From positions 17,098,795 through 17,162,794 of the forward strand of contig NC_092670.1 of assembly GCF_964355755.1 (NCBI RefSeq): a DNA stretch of 64,000 nt, read 5' to 3'. Position numbers and translations under genes: made by a program. Below the pieces are notes generated by a model that saw only the letters and a list, made by a program, of their open reading frames with translations, did not search any database and had not been told where the DNA came from. Source of the stretch: Antedon mediterranea. Its lineage: Eukaryota > Animalia > Echinodermata. This document shows, piece by piece, positions 25,182 through 39,244 of the stretch (the stretch's first letter is position 1; each line of letters begins with the position of its first letter).

Positions 25182-28100
25182 TTACTTCTCCAGAATTCCA
25201 TGAACTCTGAATCGATACAAACAAGTGTAGTCTGGGTTTCCATGGTTGTTGTTAATTCTTAACTCCACAATGCGAAACGGCTGTAGGTTTGGTTTCTGTA
25301 ATTTATTTAGAAATACAAGATATATTATTTTCATATTTCAACACAACAAACCATATACTGTGCTTTTGTTGAATATAATACGGCAATTATAATTATTTAT
25401 TTTCTATAAATCCTAAATTTTAATCAGCAGCACAATTGACCAATGACAAGGGACAGCTAGAATGACAAATCAAATGATGTTATACCTACATCCTGGAGCC
25501 TAAAGTAACAACTACACTTGCAATGAGATGTTTCAAACGGGAATTACTTACTTGTATAGCAAAGAACTGAATAGGACGTCCATTTTTGTCATAAGCATAA
25601 TTACCAAGTTGAGTTCCCTCAGAATCATATTCATGTTCTAGGCCCTGCAAAAAGAATTAGTATCTATTTAGTTTTATTGTTTTTCTAGAGCTACAATTTT
25701 ATGCCCTAGGCTACTAAACGTCTCTCCCAATATGTTCTTGTAGCAGTTCATTTTCATGGCAATCCATGAACACCTGGCAATAATGATCAAATTAGTATAG
25801 ACCCTAGAAGTAAAGTATTTATTCGAAAAAATTAACACCTCTCCCGAATAAGTGCTCCCCTAAAAACCATCTTGAACAATAAACGCCCGGGAAATTTATT
25901 TGAATAAATATAGTATTTAAAAAATAATACAGAGTAAATATAAACTTACAATTACAGAGAAGTTGTTAGGAGCACTGTCAATGTTACCAGTTGCAGACAA
26001 TGATCTTGGAATATGTTCCATTGAAAAGGAAGTTATCTTAACAAGACCTGATAGTTGAATCACTATGAATCCACGAGTTCCAGCAAATGCCCAGCAGTTA
26101 CCAGGATTCACATCAGGCTGTAATAGTTAGCATAGAGTAAACATAGGTTATAATATTAATAGATGATGGCAGTGGACCAAATGTGCAAGTAGAAATTGTT
26201 GTCTTTATCTGTTCTTGTGTTTTTTTTTAAATTACCAAATCCTGGCATTTTTAGATTGAGTTTTCAGATTGAAACAAAACCAATTTCAGTTTCTATTATA
26301 GCAGCTTTTTGTTTCATAATGCACATCCGAACATTAAATTTATTAAGTAAATAAATTTGAACTTAAGTACAGTATATAACTGTAGAACATGTATGTATAT
26401 TACTATGGAACTATAAAATACCTAGACAATTAAAAAATTACAAATGCTGTAATTTTATTAGCAAACAAAGAACTGGCATTGGTTTTCAGCAAAAGGTGTT
26501 ATCAATAGTAAAAATTTCAGGATAATTGCTTCATATGGAAAAATGATACTACTCACCTGAATAACCATTCTAGGATTACTAGCATCGTACCACAAGGGAA
26601 TACCAAAAATACTAAGTAATGCTGTCTTTGAGGAATAAGTTTTTGAACATCGTGTGCTTATTATACTACCACCAGCTGATTCTAAAGCAAAGTCAACCAT
26701 ACCAGTTTTGTCTGCATTGTTAATAAGCATCAGGTCATTCACTATATTGCGAATTTCCTATAAATGTAAAAAAAAACAAATTAATTTTAAACACCTTTGC
26801 ACATTACAGTTGTCATTTCCATTATGAAGAAGGGAAAAGTTGTTTAATGTTTTTATTTGAGGCATGTCATTGTTCAATGCCATAGTTTTGAATGACAGTG
26901 TTGTATATGATTGAGATTGAAGAACATCATTTTAGTTATTAAGTAAATAAATTTGAACTTAAGTATATAACTGTATATGTATAGTACGTGCATGCATTTT
27001 ATCAATAATAGTTAATAGATAGAATAATACCTGTAAATTCAAATTAGCCGTTGTATTTAGAGAACTGGTTGATAACTTTTCATTTGCCAGATCCAATTCA
27101 TCTCTTCCAACAAATCTTGACATCAAGAAATCGAGAACGCCACCAGATTCATCGGACATAAACTGTTTTATTAGGTAAATATAGGTATTTAATATAATAA
27201 TATATAATACTTAATATCTAGAAATGTGCGAATGTTAAGATCAGTTTAAAACTTCTATTTTTACATCCTAGACTGGGAAGATGAAATTCACACCCCAATC
27301 AAGTCTACACAACTAAGTGTCTGGTAAGTTGAAATGAATTATAAATAAAAGTAACATACCAAAGCAGCCATAGCTGAAGCATTTTTACAGCATTTGATCA
27401 GATCAAACTGAAGTTGTTCAAAAACAGTGTTTAGATGCGTTACATCTGTCCGTATGTTCTCCAAATCTGCTACAGTAACACCACTGAGAAAAGGAAATGA
27501 AACCATTTAAACCAGACAGAGGAGGGTATCATACAGAAATGTATCGGATATTTGTACTAAAATTTGTATTAAAATTAGAGATTTATATTTATACTATAAG
27601 AATTGCTTTATTTACCTCTCTAAAGCCTTTACTGATGTTGTTAACCTGTCAATACCCGATTTCAGTAGAACAACATCACCCGTTGCTTTTGACAGATCAA
27701 GAGCAAATTGAGTGTTTGCTTCATCTCCAGTAATTGATTCCTCTAAAATTGCTAGCCTCTTTTGTAATGTTATAAGTGTACTGTCTTTTTTACCTGGTGA
27801 AACTCCAAGAATAGTGTTTAAAAGAACTATATCTTCTTGTAATTTCAATAGACCAGTTGTATCCGGATTGGATGATTGCTTAGCAACGTTGCTTGTAGCA
27901 CTTAACATCACCAGATCTTGTTGAATGGTTTCAACCTGAGAGTCCAATGCTTTAACACGTTCGTTTAACAAATTAACATCAATCCATTTGGAAGTACCAG
28001 GAATATACAGTTGGTTTCTAATCTCTACAATGTCTGACTTAAGCTGATTTATTTCTTTGCTTACTCTTTCAGAGATAACAGTTTCTTGTTGCGGGTTTAA

Positions 28101-31100
28101 ATTGGAATCTTGTAAATCTGAAACATAAGACTTCAGGCCAGACATTTCAGAGGTTGTGGATATCAGTTTTTCCTGTATTATTTGCACAGTACCAGTTATA
28201 TCTTTCTGATAAGTTTTCACTTCTTCGTCTAAAATTTCTAGTTTATTTTCCAACTGACTTAATTTATTATTCTGTAAATTGAAAACAGTAATGTTATGTT
28301 GATTTATCGTTGTCTGCATTTGATTAACTATATTTGAAAGCTTAGAGACATTTCCATGTAGGGCTGCTATCCTTCCATTATCAGTGGCAGTAGCATTTGG
28401 TAGAGCTTCCAAATTAACCTCTCGTTTTTGCATATTTGTCTCATGAATATTCATCAATGTAATTATGTTGGTTTCTGATTTTGTTTGACCTTCTTCCAGT
28501 TTTGTGATTCTGTCTTGGAGATCACTAATAACAACTTCTTGCTGAAAAACAAACAAATAATTATTTTAATATTGGAATTTGATTACAATGATTAATAAGG
28601 TGGCTATTGTTCCTAGGCATACTTACTAATAGCCAGATTATTGGGTAAGATACATAATAAAAAATAAGTTAGTAAATGTGTTAATTATATACAGTCAATT
28701 CTCTCAATACCAAACACTCCCAAAACTAAACTTTTCAAAAGATACCAAAAGGTCCCAAATTATTGTTACCATTAAAAAAGTTCTTGAAAGTTGTATTAGG
28801 CCAGGACAAGAATGGTATTGAGAGAGTATATTATACTATATATAATACTGTATCTGCATAAAAAAAACATACTAGTTTTAATTTGTTTTGCTGAGCAAGT
28901 AACACATTATTAACAGCAGCAATCTCTTTCTGAACTTGAGTAGAAATCAAAGCTTGTATTTCATGGACTGCGATGACTTTTTCTTCTACGATTCTTTCCG
29001 TTAAAACTTTATCAGATGTTTTCTCATTCTGTAAGTTACTCATCATTTTATCCAACGTCTTATCAATATTATGAATAGATGAATCAACCTAAAGATAATG
29101 TAATTTTAAATAAATGTATAAAGCTCTGTCTACATCAAACTCTATGTAACAAAAAAGTGTGATGTGATGATCACATGTTGATGTCATATTACTACCATAT
29201 TTGGGCACATACACTTTTTTGTCAAACTAGTTTGATATTGTATGTATTATTATGGAAGAATAAATAACTCATGTTATTTATTGCTTAATATTATATACCA
29301 AGATAGCTTTCATTAGTCTCATACCTCCGTTTCCTCGTGGCTTGAAATTAAAAAATAACTTCCCAAAAGCATAACAGATCCTGTCATATAAAAATAAATT
29401 GCATTACAATCTAGAAAATGAAACTGTAATCATGGGACTAAAATATTGGAAATAATTTTTAGAAGTTGGTATATAATAATGACATCAATACAGAAAGGCA
29501 TTTATGAATGAATAAATTAAGTAAAACAAACCTAAAAGGGCAAGTAGTAAGACAAGCCAACAGCATAATGTACCAAATGCCTTTCTTTTTTTCTGCCTTC
29601 TATCTTCTTTATAATATGATGTTGATGACGTAAAAATCTGTAATATTTTGCTAAATATAGAAAAAAAATAACAATTAATTAAATTAACAAAATATTTATG
29701 AATTTATGATGTTTCTTAATTATAACCTACCACTATTACAGTGAGGAACTTTATGTAACAGGGTTCTATTCTCATTATAGTAAACTTATGAGAGACAGAA
29801 TCTAAATATTCATAGAATCATCATCATTTGGCAGTGGAGATTTAAATTGTACTTGATTTACAGGTAAGCCCTTTATTTTACTAGTTGTAGGCTAATATCG
29901 GAGTATCAAAGTATTAGCTAAACATACCTGTCTAAATAACATGTTAATAATTAAACTTTAATAACAAAATCTATGGCAGACAATGCAAAAAAACACTGAC
30001 CTTAAACTTGATACTATTTGTGTTTTTATATCAGTTTGCTCTGAGGAAGACTGGGTTACTATACTCTTGGCTATAAACAGGAAATAATAATATATTATTT
30101 AATTACTTATTTCCATGAATGATGGTGTAATATACAGTATAAAAACAACAAATATTTTAATATTATACATGGATGGTAACAGGTAAGATCAGATCAAGAT
30201 TTGAATATAAACAAGGGTGTGGGAGTCAATGGAAATAATCTTCATTTTTACAATTGAATCAAAAACAGAATTTCTATTAGGGAAACTTACCAAGACTTTT
30301 GGTAGGATGAATAATGACTGTGCTTACAATTTTCGATGTTGTTAAGATGATAACAGAAATAACAGAAAACACTACATTTAATAACCTCATCACCATATTT
30401 GAAGCACTATGATCTAACGACCTTAGATTTGAAGAAAAGCTACTACTTCGGGAATAAATTGCACTTGTTGATTCAGTATCTGAAAATAAATATTGAACAT
30501 GTCTCAATACATAAATACATTAAACATGCTCATGTTTTTTTTCTTGTAGTAATTAATATTGATTACAATTGACTAGCTAAATATTGTATTTTTCTTTTAT
30601 TTATTTTTATTTCCTGATATTACTACTTTTTGCATCACACATTCGTATTCCAATTGTTGACAGAGATACATTGAGATCAATGATGGGTGTTGTTCTTCTA
30701 CATTAATTGTATCCATTTCCGAGATGTAAAAAAAAAGTACTCACCAGAAATTTCATCTCTATCGAGACCTATTTAGAAATATAAATATAATACAATGTTA
30801 TTTAGTGTAGTCTAGATTATTATCATAAGAACTTTACTTTTAAGTTACATGAATCTGCACTGACGAGATCTAATAAGATCGAAACAGTACTGTCTGCAGA
30901 TTGAATATATATATAGATATACGTTTTTTTATCGTTTTGATTTAGCTTTTCGTTTTTTTTGTTTTTGTATCTCCATTGAGATCCAGCTACTGATACCCAC
31001 AGCATTGTCATTTTTTCAGTAATTTGCCTTTGGATTTATATATAGATATACGTTCGTTACCATATTTTATTCTATGTAAACGAATGATAAATGATATAAT

Positions 31101-34100
31101 TACCATAGAGATGATCCAGTCTTTTTTCACTATATTGTTCAGAAGAAGGAAATAATCTTCCTCTAATATTTGATGAAATAGCAGTTGAGCAATCTGACAT
31201 ATCAGTGTAATCATAGCTATTATGAGTATCTTGTGAGTAAATACTCGTCGTTGTACTAGTAATACTTTCAGAATACTCATTAAGGTTATCATACGATTCT
31301 AACGGCATTTGTTTTGAAGCAAGACGTTTAGATCTCCTAGCTGTACTTGCACCATTACTATCGTTGTATATAACACCATGTGATCTACGGGACATTATTG
31401 GTGTTGGGTAATTGTTGGTTATGACCGCTAAACTTGCTTCTGCCTTGGAAGCTGAGTAGCTTGCACTACAAGAAAGAAAACAGAATGTGTATAGTAAGCG
31501 AATACAATAACAACAATTCAACTGCTGCTCTACATTTACCAACAATGTGATTATTTTGCAGTTGTTTGTGCACTAGCTCTAGAAAAGGAAATAACCTATA
31601 ATTTTATATAAGAAAACTAAACTCTGTAAAAAAAAAGTGAGGCAAGCCATTGTGATTTTATATATATCAGGTATGAATAAATTGCATTAATGTAACATAT
31701 TTATTAGGAACCAACAGTACTGTACAACAAATGTATTGTTACTAATATTAATAATGTTATAATTTTACTGTATGTGCACTAATTATGTGCATAAATTATT
31801 CAGTAGCATTACTTGGTAAGTAAAAATGTATATGGGCTATGAGGATGAAAGTGAAACTAATCAATTACTGTATGATACAGTAATTTCAAAACAAATTTAA
31901 TTGTTGCTCTTTTGAACATTTGAAATATTTTTATTTAAAAAAATTTTATTTCAACAATATTTTATGAGGGTGGTCCATCCAGCATCAGCTGATCATTAGG
32001 GACCCTCAAACAATACAAACATAAAATACAAAATAAACTATAAAAACACAAAATTAACAAAGATAAAAAAAATAAATATATATATAAATATATAGTAGGC
32101 CAACAATGAAAGAAGGATAAAAAGAAATAAAATCAGAGAGAGAACACTGAAAATACTGTAAGAATGTGGTTCATGTACTTGTTCATGCTTACCTTTTGGA
32201 ATATGTGTAGTCTGTCTTTTCCCTGAAAATAAATAGTTTGATTTTAGATCAATAGGTTTACTGCAGGGTTATATTCACATAGCTCCACTCAGTATGACGT
32301 ATGCATTCAATTTATTGTTTTACATCTTATTTGATAAATGTGTGGAGACTCAAATAAGCCAAGTAACTGAGTTTCAATGGATATTTCATTATTCATTTAT
32401 ATCAATCATTGTTGTTTACTTTGGGAATGAATGAGTTGGGACTATTTAAATTCACAATTTACAAACACTTACTTGGAAGAAAGCCATTCCTCAGTTTGCT
32501 TTGGATTATTAAATCGAAGTTTAGGCCTAAAAACAAACAATATATTTAATGAACATAATCATCTACAGTATGTATACTACTACTAGAGGGCAGACCAATG
32601 AAATAAAATAGAATTTGAAATCATCCATAGACCAAGAGTATTAGTAAATTGATTTACATCCTGATATTCACCAGCTGTACACATACAGTTACTTAATATT
32701 CAATGTAAAAACAGTATGATTTTTTCAATTCAATAATAGCATTTATTTCATTAAGAAATCCATTTATTAAGACAATATACTGGAAAGTAAATAATTAATA
32801 ATTACTGTAAAGTAAGTAACCCAGAGGCCTTACAATATATTGGGGGAAGAAACAATATATAATGGTGATTATAGTATCAGACAAGCATAGCACATTTTTT
32901 TTCAGTCAAGTTCACTCACTGTCTGCCTTATAATACTAATTAGCTGTTTCCTGTCAGTCAGACAAACAGTAAGGCATGCTGATGCAGACAACATTCACAT
33001 TCTTAAGTATTCTTTATTAAAGCGTGGTTCCCACTAGCGACGCAACACAAGGACGTAACGCAACGCAAGTGAATTGACCTATCACAAGCGATGGTTTATC
33101 CGCTTGTGATTGCTAACTATCTATAACTTTGCTTGTCATTGGTTAAAACGCTTGCGTTGCGTTTACGTCCTTGCGTTACGTTCTAGTGGGAACCAAGCTT
33201 AACTATCTGTTAACTGAAAAATGAAGCTATTGATTTTTAAAAAAAAACCACATTTATCTGGTGTGTAGTATGATGACTAAGCATGTTAGTTACAGGAAAT
33301 ACTTTAAGAAGGAAACATACGTAAGCGTCGCGTCGTTTTCCACCCACATTCATGCTGTATGTCTCTAAAGGCAACTACCACCTAGGAAAACTATCATTGG
33401 GAAAACTTTGATTGAGTTTTGCAAAATAACAATTATACATACATTTCTTTCCTGCTAAAATCCAAAATTGAGTTATATGTTGTCGACTACAATGATAATT
33501 GTATTAGGTTTGGCTACCATTACTAGTGAGAGCACACTTCCCTTTTCCTGAGTCTAAGGTTTCCTGTATTAATCCTCTTTTCCTGAGTCCTCTAATCATC
33601 TGTTTCCTTAATAAACAGTGCTTACAAATTGCTTCAAAATGTCACGTAGTAATTTGACAATTGTGGGTATTTATTTACTTACTTGAATAAATTTCTTTAC
33701 TTAATATTACAAAATTCATTCAAGTTTTCCCAACTTTGTTTTTATTAAGAGTCTTAAAATCACATTCTAATTTACTCTAGCTTTGACACATCACACCAAA
33801 AATGTGCATACAAATTAAACACTGACTAACATAACAAAACACCGACTAAACAATTTATTTAATTGTTATCGATTCTGATAGATTATAAACTTCAGACAAG
33901 TTATTGATTCTGACACATTAAAAACAGAAGGTTAAATAAAAATAAATGCTTTTGCTAATATTAAATAAATAAATTTTTGGTAATACATAAAATTGATCAG
34001 GTCATATTCATAATTAATATAATACATAGATTTGTAAGAGTAGAAATGATTTTAGGCTTTTTCTATCTGATTTTCTAATGTAATCAGACAAGTTATAGGC

Positions 34101-34703
34101 CTAGGCCTATATCATGCTACAAATTACAATTAATAAAAAGACACTTTTTGACAGTTCAGACACTGACACTCACTTAGTTAGTATTTATTCTAGCTAGGGC
34201 TAATTATAAATAAATTAGGACTGTATTTATCTAGGCCTACGTGCTAGGCTAGGCCCATCTCCTACTTATTATTAGTAGTCTAGCCTAGGCTAGACTCTAG
34301 AGTAGGGTCTACCTAGGCCTAGTAATTAGTTATTAGGCTAACGCACCTCTAGACTCTAAGACTAGGCCTAAAAGCCCCTAGCCTAGCCTGAAATATTTAA
34401 GGCCTAATAGATAGGCTAGGCCGGCCTCTTGTTGGCCTGGCCTAATAGGCTAGGCCGGCCTCTTGTTGGCCTCTACTAGTAGGCCTAGACGATGTAGTAG
34501 GCTAGCCTAGGCTAGTTAGAGCCTAACTAGGCCTAGGCTAGCCTACTACTACTAGCTAGTAGTAGTAGGCTAGCCTAGCCTCTAGGCAGCCTAGCTTATT
34601 TAGACTGGTTAGGCCTAGGGCTTTTCATTTATTCTCACCTTTTGTCGTGTGGTCTTGACTTTAGAAATGGGCTATCAGGCCTTACCAGTGTTTCGTTATG
34701 CAT
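25182..34703 (-). CDS. SUN-domain nuclear envelope protein (SUN1/SUN2-like), multi-exon
   Basis: Exons 34703-34639, 32526-32473 and 32222-32193 join in frame to ...KTDYTYSKSASYS...PIMSRRS (SUN1-like N-terminus). TM segments, a long coiled-coil exon (~28540-27616), then the SUN domain: DKTGMVDFALESAGGSI, PGNCWAF, FSMEHIP, SAPNNF, YTCLYRFRVHG. Confidence 0.92.
28690..28830. mobile_element. Tc1/mariner-type MITE (family also at ~49514-49649)
   Basis: tacagtcaattctctcaatacc...aaggtcccaaat...ggtattgagagag; the second copy ends ttgggagagttgactgta. Confidence 0.55.
33021..33199. mobile_element. Tourist/Harbinger-type MITE, 179 bp
   Basis: TIR agcgtggttcccactag / ctagtgggaaccaagct with ~50-bp imperfect arms; TAA target duplication on both sides. 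Confidence 0.85.
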
Positions 34704-35129
34704 TTTAACTTAATAATAACTGAACATTTAGCATGAAAAAGTTCAGAAATGCTGTCGTGTGATCATCTGCTGCAGCTCTCTCTCTCTCTCCTCCTCCTGT
34801 CTATTTTAATATAACGCAAACAATATAGTGGATACCCGCGCACTGCTGGGGGCCCAACCACCAACCAATCAAATTCCATGATATAGACGTGGGTTCCTTA
34901 TGGGATGACATCGGCGCCTTTACAATTATTATTGTTCTTTTTATTAAATACAGTATTACTATTAGTATTAGTGGGACATAAAAATAATTTAAAAAAAGTA
35001 TTGTACTGACAACAAGAATAATTTTGCATGAATATTGTGATTGATCCTTCAAATATCCATAATTATAATGCATTGTTTGTTATTAATTCCATTCGACAAC
35101 TTGGTTTTATAAATAGGGGAAGCCGGCGG

Positions 35130-35615
35130 CAGGTTTCGCTATCTTGGCTCAGGCTCAAATCGTCCATGACCAGAATACCACAGAAGACTGGGAATTCAAT
35201 AGTCGCATCGAATCTGCCAAAAACAAATTTTCGTCAATGAAGAATGTTTATTAAATCACAATATTCTTCTCCAAACTCGACATTTGTTTTCCTCCGAGCT
35301 TATATTTGAAGTCGATGACATTCAATTGTCAAAACTGGATTTTAACGTCTGCACAATCAAATAAACTTGATTCGACCTGGTTTACGTTTTTACGACGAAT
35401 GATCCGTAATGGTTATCTCCGAAAAAACACTTTAGATGATGAATGTTAACAACTGTATTACACCAACCAAAATTTACAATATATGTAAGACATGTGATTT
35501 ATCTACATTCATCAAATAGCAGCAAAATTATGCTGCACTCTGATTAGATCCGATAATGATCGGATGACGAAGCTATTCTTCCAAGATGACAAATGCTCAA
35601 AGCGTGGTAGAAATA
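35130..35615 (+). mobile_element. Degenerate RTE-like LINE 3' fragment
   Basis: Broken reading frames give FRYLGS and LTSAQSNKLDSTWFTFLRRMIRNGY, resembling the region at and after the RT C-terminus of RTE-clade ORFs. Confidence 0.55.
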
Positions 35616-36570
35616 TAGATATTTTAGTTAATTTAATATGTTTCACATTTCGATTATTGATTTTCCCCATGCACACCTTCAAACAATATGTTCATTTAGT
35701 GTTTATTATGTTAATATCAAAGATTTTATACCCGAAGGCTAGATTGCAAACTGCAATGTTATCTCAGTTCAAAAAGTGATTCTTCATGGAGAGGGTACCA
35801 ACAAGATGGTGGCTGCAATCGACCAATCAGATATGCCCTACGAAATACACACTACTATTACTATACGCCTGTGTTGAGCCTATCTGTATGAGAACACTGA
35901 GCAGCAACGCAGCGTGATAAGCATATAAATGCGAACACATTCTATATGATCCTCGTACAAAAACAATGCTAAATTACCAATAAATTATTCATTCCTGTGC
36001 TTTAACAAGAATATGTGTTGTAATTGATGTGGTCTTAATATATTATATTAGATTAGATTATTATCTTTTAAAAATAAATAATGTTTTTAAACACACTTTT
36101 CAGAGTACGCCTTCTGGCCTTTGGCTTATTACAATTCTCTGTTTAGAATAGTAATACAATTTTTTTAATTAAGGAAGAAACCACTTCACTGTTCGTGTTT
36201 TGCTGAATAGAAATAGATTTTTAAATCTAAAAATATTGATTATTAATTAGAGATCCTAAGTGCTTGGATTTAAATTACTAATTGGTTCATCCAGTATTTA
36301 CGTCTTTAGCGCTTCATACACGAAATGAAATCGGTACGATACACAGCATGCAGCTCGAGCTTCCTGTCCCTCCGATCTCATATATATAACAAGTAATTAG
36401 TTAGAAGTAATTAAAAACATGGGTTACGTAGCTAGTTAGGATAATAGTAATAGAACCTAGCTTGCTACTGTAGACCTGGCTTAGCTAGGTAGGCCTAGTA
36501 GTACTGTAATATTAATAAGGCTAGGCCTAGCTAGGCTTATACTTATAGGAGTATATAGGGCCTCTAACTA

Positions 36571-38292
36571 GGGATGCTAGTCAAGTCGCCCCATCGCAAA
36601 GTCGCCCCATACAAAGTCGCCCCTTACACAGTCGCCTCATCGCAAAGTCGCCCCAAAACAAAGTCGCCCCGACACAGTCGCCCCATTGCAAAGTCGCCCC
36701 AACGCAAAGTCACCCCAACGCAAAATCGCCCCATCACAAAGTCGCCCTATCGCAAAGTCGCCCCAAAACGTTAAAAAATAGTTTACAAGTGCGTAAAATG
36801 TCGCAATGATACACAAAATAACACGGAACGTGTAGGCATAAAAGCCCCGCCATGTAGTCTCAGGTCACACGATCGGCGCGCACCCCCATCATCATCAGAG
36901 AGGAAGCCCCCGACCAATCACTCCGCGGTCGCACTAACGTGCTAGCTTTACCAGAGGGAAACCCCCGTAATTACTCCGCCGTTGTCGCACTACAACGCAC
37001 CATCTGAAATGGGGAAACCCCGCCGGAGTTTTACGATGATATCAGTCACGTTCGAAATCGGTCGCGTTTAATTTTGGTCGCGATAAAAACAATTTATTTA
37101 TAAACATTCAGTTTACTATTATATACATAGTATTACAATGAACATTGATTGTAAGCCTGGAAAGTCAATCCCATCATTATATCCATTATAAAATTGCATC
37201 ATATCACCACTATGTCGTATATAAATGATGACGTGCGTGTGTATTCGTTGTACGTCCGTGTACGTATTATTCCGTGCCTCTTCACTGTCTTGTTTAAATT
37301 TAAATTAAATAAACACCCGATATGAGGATATTTATTAGGCATGATAATTAGGATGTTCTATAACCAAAAGGGTTGAAAAGAATGTCTTCAGTAAAATGAT
37401 CATTGTGCTGTTGAATAAAAGGCGACTCGCCATCTGAAACATTCTCTGAAACCAATCGGAGCCGCGCCTTCTGGTATCTGCAGTTTCCTCACAGCTGCTA
37501 CGTCTTTCTGCTGACCGTCGGGGATTCCCCTTTTTAAAAAACACGCACACGATACTGTACGATGGTTTTTCCATGGTCAAAATGTAGCGTTTTAATTTTA
37601 CTAAAATACCTGCATGTAAAATATCGGCGATGAAATCCTTTTTTTTTTTTATTTCTTCATTTTGAAAAGTCATTATAAAATTAAGACACATAACTTGTCA
37701 ATAAATGCAAAATGATCAATAAGTAGCCTATAACACTCATTGTTTTAACTACTGTAAATCTATACGAAGGCCTACTACACATGTATACATTTATTATATT
37801 ATCCTAAAAAATGAGCTGGTATCCACGCGTAGGTTGAAAAAAGATTCGTAATTGTGGCTCTGGTAACTAATTTTAAAATCCTATTAAATTAACATTTTCG
37901 AAACTATAAATCAGGGATAATCTTTTTAGAACTTTCAAACAAGGGACTATTTTTTTAATGATTTTTAAAAAGCACATCACTCCATTAAAACCTGTAAAAT
38001 AAAAATGAAAACACAAATTATAATAGGATAAACATTATAATGCATACGACATTTAGCGCGACCAAAGTAACAACGCAATCGATATCAAACGCAACCGATA
38101 ATTATGATTAAAACCGTGGGCGACTTTGCGATGGGGCGACTTTGCGTTGGGGCGACTTTGCGATGGGGCGAATTTGCGATGGGGCGACTTTGTAATAGGG
38201 CGACTGTGCCGGGGCGACTTTGCGATGGGGAGACTTGTATTGGCCGACTTTGTATGGGGCGACTTTGCGATGGGGCGACTTGACTGGATCCC
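36571..38292. mobile_element. Non-autonomous fold-back DNA transposon (~1.7 kb) with subterminal (a)aagtcgcccc arrays
   Basis: Termini gggatgctagtcaagtcgcccca / tggggcgacttgactggatccc; ~11 copies of the motif at each end in inverted orientation; no coding capacity. Confidence 0.85.
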
Positions 38293-39244
38293 CTCTAGAA
38301 GGCCTAGTCTAGTTGGTAATGACCAAAGAGGGCGCGAGCCAAATAAAGTTTAAAATAATTTACTTGCTGTACTAGCGTGTGTAGTCTAGCCTATATCAAA
38401 TAAGCCTACTACTGTGTACTAGGTAGGCCTAGCTAGGCTACATGAGTATTTATGTCAATCACTTTATAATTATTTACTACCAATCATAATTCATGAATCA
38501 TATGCGATTTTGATTGATGGGCAGCATTGATGGGGTTTGCTATGTTTCATTGGTAGGTGAACCCTCCCCGCTGTGAGCACCATCATGACAGTTTATCTTT
38601 ATCTCCAGAGTAGACTATAGATTATTATGAATAAACTTCTTTAGTAATCTCACTCAGATAAGCAGTTTTATTCAATTTTAATTAATTCAGGTCTAGTTGT
38701 TTAAATAAGTTTTGGATTTCTGATAATGTTGGTTTGATCACGCAGTACAGTATAGTAACTTATTTTACTCATTTTTTCTTTCAATTTCAGATCAAACTTA
38801 AACATTAGAACTAGACAGGAATCAATATTTATTGAGAGTGCATGTTTTTAAAATATATAGGCAAATGAAGATAAAAGACAAGAAAGATATGCTAGTGTAT
38901 CATATTCTGTACCAATCATATTGAAACAAAGTGAAGATGAAAAATACAGAGATTTGTTGATAACCAAATGAAGGTTAAATTAATCATCAACAAATGGAAA
39001 AAATCAAGTATAATGACAATTACTAAAGAAAGTAAGGAACAGTCGATTGATTGTAAACAATGTCCAAATAAAACAGAATGTTCAAAACTGCATACAGGAG
39101 AGAAACCTGAATTTAAACAGTGTGGAGAAAAGTTTAAAGAACAAGGTTTAGATGAAAATGTAAGGGAAACATACTGAAGAGAAGCCTTATGTATTTGAAC
39201 ATTGTGAAGAAAAGTTTAGGGAGAAACCAGGTTTAGCTGAACAT

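Noticed and set aside
35802-35813. YY1-like motif aagatggtggc as the ZNF promoter
   Set aside because: A single imperfect match with no transcript evidence.
36574-38353. ORFs 36574-36774 and 38126-38353, and a possible repeat-spacer array
   Set aside because: These are translations of subterminal transposon repeats; the spacers are only 5-8 nt and similar to one another.
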